Assembly (NCBI GenBank): GCA_038217285.1
Contig: JBBQPO010000002.1
Span: forward strand, 11,483 to 75,482
Source of the DNA: Chthonomonadales bacterium
Lineage (GTDB): Bacteria > Armatimonadota > Chthonomonadetes > Chthonomonadales > Chthonomonadaceae
DNA length: 64,000 bases
Direction of reading: 5' to 3'
The notes beneath the pieces are model-generated. The model made no database searches, had not been told where the DNA came from, and worked only from the letters and a program-made list of their open reading frames with translations. Within the stretch, counting starts at the first letter, position 1, and each line of letters opens with the position of its first letter. Positions 20,433 through 29,800 of the stretch are shown piece by piece. Both the position numbers and the translations under genes were made by a program.

Positions 20433-20463
20433 GCCCGTGTCCAACTGCTGGCACGGGCTTTTT
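20433..20463 (+). terminator. Intrinsic terminator
   Basis: GCCCGTG...CACGGGC + TTTTT. Confidence 0.7.
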
Positions 20464-20681
20464 CTTGCCGACCGTATCACCTTAAAGCTGCGGCAGAAAT
20501 GGGCACCGCATCGTCCTCATTTTCCAGTCGTTGTGTCCATGCACTGCGGGTAGCCTCTGCTCCCCACGTTCCCCATGCTGGCAGGAACGGCGCGGCGGAG
20601 AAGGTCGCCCCATGACGCCGAAACATATCCATACCTGACCTGGAACCATTTCGGGACGCACACTGAAAGGACGTAACAACC

Positions 20682-21134
20682 ATGCTGACAGACATCGAAT
20701 TGACAGGCTACTTTCCGTTTGGAGGTGGAAAGGAACTGGCTCTGGCAGGAATCGGGCATTTTGGCGAGAAGGCATTCCGGACGGAGGTGCTGCCGATCTA
20801 CCGGGCCATCTGCCGGATTCAGGAGACGGAGTATGGCGAATCCCCCTCGGTTGCCTATCTGGCGGAAGCGCTCCAGTACGGGAGTCGGACGAACCTGGAG
20901 AACCTTGCGGCTTATGGCCTTCCGCTTGAGGAGATGCACCTGCTGGAGTACGGCAGAAGCTCCCATGACTCCGCTGTCCGCGCCGAGGCCGTTCGCCGCG
21001 TCCTGGACGGGCAGGTGCCCGGATACCGGGCGCTGGTCGCCCTGCACAATGTCTTCCAGGGAGGAGAGCCGCTCATCCCCTACGACAGGGATATCATGGA
21101 CTGCATCGCCCGTCGGACCCGCGCATCGGAATGA
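20682..21134 (+). CDS. Hypothetical protein
   Basis: GAAAGGA RBS; 150 aa. Confidence 0.7.
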   Translation: MLTDIELTGYFPFGGGKELALAGIGHFGEKAFRTEVLPIYRAICRIQETEYGESPSVAYLAEALQYGSRTNLENLAAYGLPLEEMHLLEYGRSSHDSAVRAEAVRRVLDGQVPGYRALVALHNVFQGGEPLIPYDRDIMDCIARRTRASE

Positions 21135-21332
21135 ACGTGTCAGGCGCCTTCATAGGCCAATATCGGGTAGTGGGAAATGCAAACGCTTGTGGCGCGTGCA
21201 TGCAACGGAACGGGCTGTAGCTGTTTCGTTTTCGCTACGCTACTCCGTGAAAGAGCGTTGCGCGTTCAAATTTCCGAAGCGCAGCACGAACCGCTCTTTG
21301 ACAATCCCACTACGGGAATAAGGAGTATCGAT

Positions 21333-22481
21333 GTGAAACAAGGTAGAACCCTAACCGACCTGAGAAGTGTCTTGGAGCGTCAGGCCAACGCAAAACGGGA
21401 CTTCCTGGCATCAGCCAGTAGAATCCGCCTCGACAGCAACGGCCACACCGATCTGATCCTGGATGAAACCTTCACCGTCAATGAGGTGGCGCACGGCCAA
21501 CTCGCCGAGTACCTGGGCATCCCCAAAGGCTTCTACGACCGCCTGCGCAATGCGACCGAAGACCTGCGCGTCCCGCGTCCAGGCAACCTGGATGGGGGAC
21601 AGCGTTCTGACGAGCCGCTCTTTGACGTGATGGCCAACCGTCTGCTCAAGAGCAAGGGAGCCGATACGCGGATGGTCCGCACTCTGGACGGTACGGCACG
21701 CGCCTTCCTGTCCGACTCCTACAGCACTGATTTGGACAATTTCGACGTCTTCCGGATGGCCGCTCGCTCGATGGAAGAGGCCGACCTGTGCCCTGAGAAC
21801 GTCGTCTCGTGCGAGGTGACCGACCGCAAGCTCTACCTGAAAGTGGTGAGTCCCCGATTGGAGGCGACGATCATCCCGTCCAATCTGACCCGACCGCACG
21901 GCGGACACCACATGCTCAAAGAGCCTCAAGTGGTCCAGGCAGGCTTCATCCTCTCCAACTCTGAGACGGGACTGGGGAGCCTCTCAGTCCAGCAGGTGGT
22001 GGTGAAACTCATGTGTACCAACCTTTGGATTAAAGAGGAAGCCGTCCGTCAACGCCACCTCGGCAAAACCCTGGAAGCAGGCGAAGGCGGTATGGTCTAC
22101 AAGAGCGACACCCGTCAGGCGGAAGCCAGGGTGCGCCTGCTCAAGATCCGCGACCACATCAGCGAAGCCCTGGACGCACCGCGCTTTCAGGCACTGATTG
22201 GCAAGATGCAGGAGACGGCCGAAGTCAAACTGGAGGGAAACATCGAGAAGGTTGTAGAGGTGACGGCACGCAAGTTCGGCCTCGATGAGGGTGAGAAGGA
22301 AGATGTGCTGAAGCACCTGATCGAAGGGGCGGACCTCAGTCTCTGGGGTCTCTCCAATGCGATTACCGCTACAGCCCAGACTGTTCCCAGCTACGACCGG
22401 GCGACGCAACTGGAAGCGATCGGTGGACGCTTCTTCGCTCTGCCAGCGGCCGACATCCGAGAACTGGTGCGAGCGGCATGA
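21333..22481 (+). CDS. DUF932-family protein (phage/plasmid/ICE-associated)
   Basis: GTG start after AAGGAG; KQGRTL..L...LERQ..AKRDF, MVRTLDG.ARAFLSD.Y...DN, GF.LSNSETG.G, C.N, LS.WGL.NAIT..AQ...YDRAT.LE.IGG. Confidence 0.85.
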   Translation: MKQGRTLTDLRSVLERQANAKRDFLASASRIRLDSNGHTDLILDETFTVNEVAHGQLAEYLGIPKGFYDRLRNATEDLRVPRPGNLDGGQRSDEPLFDVMANRLLKSKGADTRMVRTLDGTARAFLSDSYSTDLDNFDVFRMAARSMEEADLCPENVVSCEVTDRKLYLKVVSPRLEATIIPSNLTRPHGGHHMLKEPQVVQAGFILSNSETGLGSLSVQQVVVKLMCTNLWIKEEAVRQRHLGKTLEAGEGGMVYKSDTRQAEARVRLLKIRDHISEALDAPRFQALIGKMQETAEVKLEGNIEKVVEVTARKFGLDEGEKEDVLKHLIEGADLSLWGLSNAITATAQTVPSYDRATQLEAIGGRFFALPAADIRELVRAA

Positions 22482-22711
22482 GTACAGCCCCTCTGCCAAC
22501 CGTTACCCTCTTCGGGGCGACGGATCGCACCGGGCGACGGTACCTCACCGATAGTCGAGAATCCCTGCCTGCCGAAGCAGGTACCATCACCGAGTTCCGG
22601 GTAGTGCCGGAACAGGTAGAGTGGGCCATCCTGCAGGTGGAACTCGAAGAGATTCGGCGCATACCAGTCACGATCCACGTCGGCGACTACGCCTATGAGA
22701 CCCCACACTGA
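22478..22711 (+). CDS. Hypothetical protein
   Basis: ATGA overlap with the DUF932 stop. Confidence 0.6.
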   Translation: MSTAPLPTVTLFGATDRTGRRYLTDSRESLPAEAGTITEFRVVPEQVEWAILQVELEEIRRIPVTIHVGDYAYETPH

Positions 22712-22727
22712 ACGAAAGGAGCATCCC

Positions 22728-23075
22728 ATGCCAGACAGCCGACAGGTTTCCATGAGCTTGCCCCTCTTCAGCGATCTCTTCACGACGCTGCCAGCTGAGT
22801 GGCAGACGGAAGGACTCCGCGAAGCGCTGCTCACCGCCTACCGCTCTGAGCTGCACTGCCTCGTCAATGCTGCCCTGCATCCCGACTGCCGGGAGCCGCG
22901 TCTCGTCATGCGCCCCTGGCGCGAGACGGGCACGCAGTGGATCTGTGAGTTCTGGGTCGCCGATGCTGCTACTGCCTGGACGCCCGTGCATAATTTTCAC
23001 GGACAAAACACCAGTCAGTGGCGTTATGGCGGCGCTATCGTCTTCTGTAAGGGAGAGATAAGCACACACCACTGA
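22728..23075 (+). CDS. Hypothetical protein, 'TSQW...GAI...HH' family paralogue 2
   Basis: AAAGGAG RBS; AYRSELHCL...PDCRE...HNFHGQNTSQWRYGGAIV...ISTHH. Confidence 0.78.
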   Translation: MPDSRQVSMSLPLFSDLFTTLPAEWQTEGLREALLTAYRSELHCLVNAALHPDCREPRLVMRPWRETGTQWICEFWVADAATAWTPVHNFHGQNTSQWRYGGAIVFCKGEISTHH

Positions 23076-23114
23076 TCGCACGCCCACGTCCCGAACTCTA
23101 TTCGGTACTATCAC

Positions 23115-23147
23115 GGCCCACACTCACATCGAGCGTGGGCCTTTTCG
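23115..23147 (+). terminator. Intrinsic terminator
   Basis: GGCCCAC...GTGGGCC + TTTT. Confidence 0.7.
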
Positions 23148-23159
23148 ATGGCGGACAAA

Positions 23160-23260
23160 GGTGCATCAGCGCACCGTTCGTTGTCTAATGGGATGCACTT
23201 CCGTAGGCTCAGAGCGCAGAGCAGACCTGAGAAGCTTCAGTGCGACAATCCTGCTCTTTG
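23160..23260 (+). promoter_or_regulatory. Cassette promoter copy with 5' leader hairpin
   Basis: GGTGC-N6-GCACC, TTGTCT-N17-TAGGCT, then AGAGCA...AATCCTGCTCTTTG. Confidence 0.7.
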
Positions 23261-23366
23261 CATGCCAATTCATCACGCGAGCCGCCGGTTGCTCCATTTC
23301 GCACGAGCATATTCGCGCAGATGAAGCACGGCAGAACCCTGATCAACCTGCGAAGGGAGAACCAGC

Positions 23367-23729
23367 ATGGGCACAGCCAAAACCATTGCATTTTGCATGA
23401 CGCCTTATTCCGAACTCGTCCAGGCGTTACCACCCAAGTGGCAGAACATCACCAAGCGTGAGAAACTGCTCGCTGCTTATCGACATGAACTGCACTGCTT
23501 CCTGAATGTCGCCCTCCGCCCTGACTGCCAAGAACTCCGGTTTGTCATGCTCCCATGGCGACGGGAACAGGAACCAGAGCAATGGACCTGCGATTTTTGG
23601 GTCGCAGATACGGCCTTACCCTGCACGTCCGGTGCCATCTGGCACGGGCACGATACCAGCCAATGGCGCCACGGCGGTGCAATCTGGATTTTTCAGGACC
23701 AGATCGGCACGTCCTACTGGAGCCCTTAG
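23367..23729 (+). CDS. Hypothetical protein, 'TSQW...GAI' family paralogue 3
   Basis: AYRHELHCF...PDCQE...WHGHDTSQWRHGGAIW; lacks the terminal HH. Confidence 0.75.
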   Translation: MGTAKTIAFCMTPYSELVQALPPKWQNITKREKLLAAYRHELHCFLNVALRPDCQELRFVMLPWRREQEPEQWTCDFWVADTALPCTSGAIWHGHDTSQWRHGGAIWIFQDQIGTSYWSP

Positions 23730-23773
23730 TCCACATGGACCCTGGCATCGCTCCAGGCCACGTCGCTCATCTT

Positions 23774-23808
23774 GCCCGCGCTTGCGACATCAGCGCGGGT
23801 TTTTCTTT
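23774..23808 (+). terminator. Intrinsic terminator
   Basis: CCCGCGCT...AGCGCGGG + TTTTTCTTT. Confidence 0.75.
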
Positions 23809-23824
23809 GTAATGGGTACCGCGT

Positions 23825-23927
23825 GGTGCAGCGATGCACCCATGATTGTCTGAGATTGCGCGCTTCCGTAGGCTTGAAGCGAAGAGCGTCGCCGAAGCCA
23901 TTATGCGGCGACTAATCCTGCTCTTTG
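23825..23927 (+). promoter_or_regulatory. Cassette promoter copy with 5' leader hairpin
   Basis: GGTGC-N6-GCACC, TTGTCT-N17-TAGGCT, then AAGAGC-GTCGCCG...CGGCGAC-TAATCCT-GCTCTT. Confidence 0.7.
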
Positions 23928-23946
23928 ACCGCATAGGAGAACGATT

Positions 23947-24165
23947 ATGTATGCAACTCTGATCCGTCCGCAAGCATTACCTGCGCCACCCCGTATACCG
24001 CCTCCGCCTGCCCCAAGGCTGATCGCGGCGGGGGCCGCAGATCCCGACGAGGAGGCGCGCAACGCCTCCATCGAAGCTCTGCTGGCACTCCTCGACGATG
24101 GTGAAACCGAGAACGGCGTGGATTACTCGGAAGGCGCGTTATCACCAAACGGATGCCTGTGGTAG
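23947..24165 (+). CDS. Small Pro-rich/acidic hypothetical protein
   Basis: AGGAG RBS downstream of the cassette promoter. Confidence 0.55.
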   Translation: MYATLIRPQALPAPPRIPPPPAPRLIAAGAADPDEEARNASIEALLALLDDGETENGVDYSEGALSPNGCLW

Positions 24166-24329
24166 ACGCAAAAAAGGCTAGGAAAGCACCAACTTCCCTA
24201 ACCTCCTGTACCACTCCTGACGGGAATACCGCCGCTTGATAGCATAGTATACCCCGTCTTTCCTACTCCCGTGGTCGCCTGAACAGAACTATGTTTAGGC
24301 GACCACACCGCATCTTATGGAGAGAACCG

Positions 24330-24641
24330 ATGAAGCATACGACACTATCGCAGCCACAAAACGACGTGCTGCCTACCCAACCGCTTGCCATCACCATCCC
24401 GGAGCCGACACGCGACAACGTGGCGTTTCGAGCACTCATTCGGCAAGTCATCCCAATGCTCCAGTGTCCTGAAGCGCACAGTCCAGCGGCGCGGCACCAA
24501 CTTGCGTCAACGCTCATCCAGGCACTTGGTCTGCCTCAGTCTGACACGACCGAACCACAGCAGGAAGCAATGCCACCCCACACCGATGCGGAGGCACCGT
24601 GTGCGTATGAACCGGGGTGCGACAGTGCGGAGTGGCCCTAA
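24330..24641 (+). CDS. Hypothetical protein
   Basis: GGAG RBS; preceded by a 15-bp near-perfect inverted repeat (24271-24306). Confidence 0.55.
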   Translation: MKHTTLSQPQNDVLPTQPLAITIPEPTRDNVAFRALIRQVIPMLQCPEAHSPAARHQLASTLIQALGLPQSDTTEPQQEAMPPHTDAEAPCAYEPGCDSAEWP

Positions 24642-24659
24642 GACGCAAGGAGGTGAGAG

Positions 24660-24887
24660 GTGCGATGCACCCTGCACGAGATCATGGTTGCGGAGGGTGC
24701 GCGCATGCTCCGCACTGGCCTGTACGACTATGGATGCATGCCACACGCCTTTCTGCGCCGCGAGGCTGAGGTATGGAGCGTCTGTGAGGAGGTGCAGCAT
24801 GCGTGGCTTCGGGGCGAAATTATCTCTCCCTTAGCCGTGGACCTTCTCTGGGAGGTGGTCTGGCGGCTACGGGCGCGAATCCAGTAG
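24660..24887 (+). CDS. Hypothetical protein
   Basis: AAGGAGGTG RBS, GTG start. Confidence 0.55.
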   Translation: MRCTLHEIMVAEGARMLRTGLYDYGCMPHAFLRREAEVWSVCEEVQHAWLRGEIISPLAVDLLWEVVWRLRARIQ

Positions 24888-24913
24888 GACTGTTTCTCAC
24901 GAAGGGAGGAATC

Positions 24914-25345
24914 ATGAACGAATCGCACCTCATGCAGGCTTGGCAACTTGGATTTCCAGATCGACACACTGCGCTGGCAGCCGTCCTTGATGCTATGGAA
25001 TTGGACCCGATCCGGAGGGAGGAAGGGGCTGGCCGAAGCGAACGGCAGTGGTGTAGTACCCACGTCAACTGCCGCATCATCTCTGTCTACACCTTCTTTC
25101 CAAGTCCCTACGCGAAGTTGGCGGACTTGGACGACACGATCAAAGAACGCTACACGGTTGCGACCGGAAGCCAGTGCCGCAGTGAGGTTCCAGATGCTCG
25201 GACGCACACAGGCTACGAAGAGGACAATACCTTCTACCTGGAGTTTCGGACTCTAGAAGAGGCTGTCTGCTTCTGCCTGGATGACCCTTATGCCCCAATG
25301 GAGATCGCACTCCACCGCACCCAGCAGGCCGTTCCGCACCCATAG
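24914..25345 (+). CDS. Hypothetical protein
   Basis: GGGAGG RBS, ATG 24914. Confidence 0.65.
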   Translation: MNESHLMQAWQLGFPDRHTALAAVLDAMELDPIRREEGAGRSERQWCSTHVNCRIISVYTFFPSPYAKLADLDDTIKERYTVATGSQCRSEVPDARTHTGYEEDNTFYLEFRTLEEAVCFCLDDPYAPMEIALHRTQQAVPHP

Positions 25346-25409
25346 GAAACCAGCACACACGACGCCTGCGCTGGACTTCCGGCAGGTACCACCTCAAAAA
25401 GGAGACACT

Positions 25410-25880
25410 ATGCGAGAGATACTGCCGCTCTTTGTCGGCTACCGAACATTGGAGGATTGGTTACAGGCGATTCTCCCTGATTCGCTGATCCTGGCCATGC
25501 CACTCGTCGAGCCGGGATTGGAGCAGTCCGGCATGCGGACCGATACCCTTGTCGTACTGTGCCAACACATCGACGCAAGCGGACATGTCCACTACTGTCG
25601 TCTGCGAGCAGCCAGTCTGCCCCGTTGTTACGGCGAGCCATTCTCTGCGGACTGGCGGGAGCGCGAAGCGGCCTGGCACTCGCTGTGGGACGCCGTGCAG
25701 GAGATCCTCCGGGAGCGCGACCTGACGTACCGATGCGCGACCGTGGCTGTACCGACGCACCTACGGTTCCTGGAAGCGCGGGCCGAAGGCATCGCCTTCG
25801 ATCCCGACACGAAACGGTTCGGGCGTCTAGGCGCAGAGGTAGTGAGAGCCAACATCTTCGAAGGAGAACTGAAGCGATGA
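25410..25880 (+). CDS. Hypothetical protein
   Basis: AAGGAG RBS, ATG 25410; stop overlaps the MutS-I start. Confidence 0.65.
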   Translation: MREILPLFVGYRTLEDWLQAILPDSLILAMPLVEPGLEQSGMRTDTLVVLCQHIDASGHVHYCRLRAASLPRCYGEPFSADWREREAAWHSLWDAVQEILRERDLTYRCATVAVPTHLRFLEARAEGIAFDPDTKRFGRLGAEVVRANIFEGELKR

Positions 25881-26185
25881 ACATTCTTATAGAGCAGTAC
25901 CACCAGACATGCACCGAGTTCCCGCAGGCGGTCGTGCTCATGCGGGTTGGGGACTTCTTCGAAGCCTACGGCGAAACAGCAAAGCTACTTGCAGAAACGT
26001 GTGGGCTGACGCTCACTGAGCGTGACGGCATTCCGATGTCTGGCATCCCTCACCACATGGCGGAAAAGCGAGTGGCACAGCTTGTCGCCAGCGGCAGGCA
26101 AGTCATTCTCATGGAGCAATCTGAAGATCCGCGCGGGAAAGCTCCCGGCGAAATCGCACGACACCGTGTGCAATTCACCCCGTAA
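25877..26185 (+). CDS. Stand-alone MutS domain I (mismatch-recognition domain)
   Basis: EQY...FPQAVVLMRVGDFFEAYGETA...CGLTLT...IPMSGIPHH...LVASGRQV...EQ; about 102 aa, no ATPase. Confidence 0.85.
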   Translation: MNILIEQYHQTCTEFPQAVVLMRVGDFFEAYGETAKLLAETCGLTLTERDGIPMSGIPHHMAEKRVAQLVASGRQVILMEQSEDPRGKAPGEIARHRVQFTP

Positions 26186-26263
26186 CGGTCTGCGTTCTGA
26201 ACACAGGACAGGAGTGTATGGTGGGCCGCGCATACCTGGCCCACGCCGGGAGAGGAACATTAG

Positions 26264-26715
26264 ATGAGCGAGCACTGGCTCCCGTTTGCACCTACGGGGC
26301 AGGTCATTACCAGCTTGCCCAACACCCCAGACGGAACCGTCTGGGCGAACAATCGCTACATCGTAGTGGTGCGCTACTGCGGCGAACACGCGACGACCGG
26401 GCCGCTAATCTGGCTGTCGATCAAGAGCGTCGATAATGACACTGGCACGACTCGCGCGATATGCAGCGCATCAAGAATGAGTTGGTGGGTGAGGAAGCCG
26501 AAGGCGTGGAACTCTATCCAACAGAAAGCCGCCTCGTCGACACCGCGAACTAGTTTCATCTCTGGGTGTTTCCGCACTTTCGGTTTCCGTTCGGGTTTAG
26601 TGAGCGATTGGTGTCGGAAGGCACCGCGCATACCGTGCAACGCCCATTCGACCCTGAACACCACCCGGCCGACCTGACTGACGTGCAACTAATAGTTGAG
26701 CCCACTGCCTACTGA
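26264..26715 (+). pseudogene. Disrupted phage/ICE-type conserved protein (frameshift plus premature stop)
   Basis: WLSIKSVDND continues in another frame near 26440 as HDSRDMQRIKNELVGEEAEGVELYPTESRLVDTAN*FHLW, with TAG at 26551-26553. Confidence 0.7.
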
Positions 26716-26763
26716 GTTGCGAAGCAAAGCAGGGGTCCGGTTCAGGGACCTATTGACCGTTTT

Positions 26764-26795
26764 GCCCGTCCTCCGTGTGAAGGGCGGGTTTTTCG
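26764..26795 (+). terminator. Intrinsic terminator closing the cassette array
   Basis: GCCCGTCCT...AGGGCGGGT + TTTT. Confidence 0.65.
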
Positions 26796-26893
26796 TATGC
26801 AGAGGGAGTGTGGCCATGCGGTAGAGCGATATGGTCGTCATAGAGGCATGGGGCAGCCAAATTTGTTCAACGTGCTAGATCGTCAGAGCCCCA

Positions 26894-29800
26894 TTAAGGG
26901 CGGAGGTCGCCGTGTTCATCTGTCGCAAGTGCCAACGCAAACGATACCGCGTCATCCAGGGACATGTGAATGCCGCGGTGCCACGCACCTGCGAAATCTT
27001 CGGCAGTCAGCTGGCTGTGCGCTTGGTCACGAGCGGCTTTGTGCCCGGCGCGCTCGGTGAACGGCTGGTTCAGTTTGTACTGTCGATAGGTCTGTTCCGC
27101 ACTGGCGAGTAACACGGTTGCTTGGGGTACTCGGTTCAGCGCAAGTTCCAACTGGGCTCCGCGGGTGAATCCCCAGGCAAGGGCGAGCACCTGTCCTAAT
27201 TCCCAAAATATTCGCATACTTTCTCTGAAGTAGGTTCGCGCCTCGGCGAAATTCTGCTCGGCTATGGCGATGGGGATGAGATTATTCTTCGTCCAGGCGA
27301 TATCTGTCTGGTAACCTATCTTCTGTCGAATCGCGAGGCTATCGTTGTAGTAGCGGCGTGATGCACGCAGGTCGCTGCGGAGCATTTCGATATAGCCTAA
27401 GCTATTGTAGAGGCTTGCGATCTCATCTCTGTGGTCCGCTTCGCCCAGTTCCCTCCAGCGCTGGAGACTCTGTTCCGCGTACTGAAGGCCGAGTGCAATA
27501 TCACCACGATCACAGGCGACCCAGGCAAGGATATCTAACGTACGGGCTGTCTCGGGTCCATTACCGCTGCTATGATAAAAGCTCAGACAGGTTTCTAGGA
27601 GGCCTTGCGCTTTCTCGGTATTGCCTTGCACACGATGAACTTCGCCAAGGCGCTCCCACAGGCGTAGTGTTTGATCAACGTTGTCACTTTCAATGGCTGC
27701 CGCTTCTTCGTAGTAGGAAAGCGTTGCACTATAGTTCGAGTGCAAGCGCTCCAGAGCGCCAGCTCCACAGAGAAGGCTTCGCCGCGTCGCGTCTGAGAGT
27801 TCTCTACGATGTGGCAAGACGCGCTCTATCCAGCGACGCCATTCCTCCCAATGGTTGCAGTGATTCCAGTAGTCAAACAGGGTAATACCGAACTGCACCT
27901 CTGCTTCGCGATCTGCGGTGCTCTGCGCAAGGTGCAACATGACACACATGATGTTCTCATGTTCCGCGTCGATCTGCCGCCGCCCGGTCGGCGAAGGGCT
28001 TCCCGACGCCACTCGCGACCGCACGAAGTCCTGGTAGTACGCTGCATGACGTGTGGCGACGACGGCAGCTAAATCACCTGATTGGGGCGCCAGGCAGTCA
28101 TCGGCAAATAGGCGTAACGCTTCTTTCATTGCATAACGCGATTGGCCTTCTTGCATGATAAGTGAACACTGGATCAGATCACTAGTCTTCGCCAGTGCTT
28201 CTGTCGGAGAACTATCCCAAATAGCTGCGGCGGCTTCGAGCGTCCACCCGCCACAGAAGTACGCAAGGGCCAAGAAGCAGGGTTTGAGTTCATGCGATAG
28301 AAGATCGAAGTTCCATTGAAAAGCAGTACGCAGACTCAAGTGACGACGATCTCTCACATGATTCTGTATAGTCAGCGATTCCAGGGATTCAGTCTGTTTC
28401 AGCATGTCTTCTGGAGTTAACACACTGATTTTCATTGCGGCCATCTCAAGAGCAAGCGGTAAGCCACTTAAACTGCAGATCACCCGAGCGATAAGAACAA
28501 CGTTTTCAGGAGTTATTCTAAACGCAGCCTGTCGCGCTTGCGCACGAACCTCAAATAAGCTCACGCTCTCATACTGCATGATCTGCTCGTACGTATCTCC
28601 CGCTTTTGGGGTAGCCATCGGATTAATCGGGATCAATGTTTCCTGGGCGATTTGCATTGAGCGCTGTGAAGTAACAATGCAAAATAGTGCAGGGCAATGT
28701 TCGAGCAATTCTACGATTATCGTGTTGCAGGATGGAGTAAGGTGCTCAAGATTATCAAGGACGAGCAGCCACAATCCGGTGCGTAACTTATAGGCTACTT
28801 GGAGGAAGAGATCGCCACCCTGCTCGATGCCGAGAGCAGTAGCTATACGGAGAAGCAGTTGCTCTGGCTCGGTAACGTCTGCTAGTGAAATGAATCGGGT
28901 GATAATGCTGGCCTCAGCCTTCAGCCTCTGAATGAATTCCTTCGCAATTCGGGTTTTCCCAGAGCCTGCCATTCCGAACAGCGTAAGTAAGCGTGGACGG
29001 CGATTTGCCGGACCCATCCATTCCTTGCGCGAGTGAAAGTGTCGCTCAAAGGTAGTAGTAAGTGTTCCGAGTTCAGTAGCACGGCCGATAAAGGGGGTAA
29101 GGTCGTCTCCGAGAAGGTTCGTTTGTGGAATACGCGGTACGGTAAGTTCTGTGAGAGAGTGGGAAGCAAGGTGTGCATCTGCGCGGAGAAGGTCGTCGTG
29201 GGGGGTTTTATGCCTATGCGCTTGGGCTGGTGGCAAATATAGACTGTCTGTAGAAGTGAATGGTTGGCCGCCCGTTAAAATGAGACGGTTTAATTCCTCG
29301 TAGTGAACCTCAAAGGTATCGTCATAGAGAAGATCGTCTTCAAGCGTAACCTTAAATATTTTCAAGCGCTCAAAGTAATATTTCGCTTCATCGTAGTGCC
29401 GCAGGGCGATGTTTACCTTTACAAACTCATAGAGCGCGCCGTAATACAGGCTTCTATGCATATTCCGAAGGGCCAGAAAGTGGCGGCTCGTTGTGGTGTC
29501 ACTGTCGAACTCGTAGCCACTACCAAAATCACCGCCATACAGACTTATAGCTTCCTGCAACACATCGGCCGCTTGCAACTCATTAGCCGCATGAACCCGG
29601 TTTGTACACAGGTCCTTAAACTGCTGCGCATCCACGACGATGTGATCGAGCGCAAGGCCGACTGTTCCTGAAGTCGTAGTCTGAATTACGTCCTCTACCG
29701 TGCCAGCCTTAGCCTCAAAAATGCGTCGCACACGCCGTAATTGCTCTCTGAGGTTGTCTAGCTGTGTCTTCCCCTCTTGATTTGGCCACAGGAGCTCTCC

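Noticed and set aside
25877-26185. Housekeeping mutS gene
   Set aside because: Only domain I is encoded; gene symbol withheld.
26551-26553. Amber read-through or recoding
   Set aside because: The same gene also has a frameshift, and TAG acts as a normal stop for several genes in the window.
12770-26715. Prophage
   Set aside because: No terminase, capsid, tail or lysis genes recognised; coupling protein and relaxase point to a conjugation-type element.
12600-26800. CRISPR array or integron attC cassette array
   Set aside because: The repeats are degenerate promoters and terminators at irregular spacing; no identical repeat-spacer units, no consistent attC core sites seen, no cas or intI gene.
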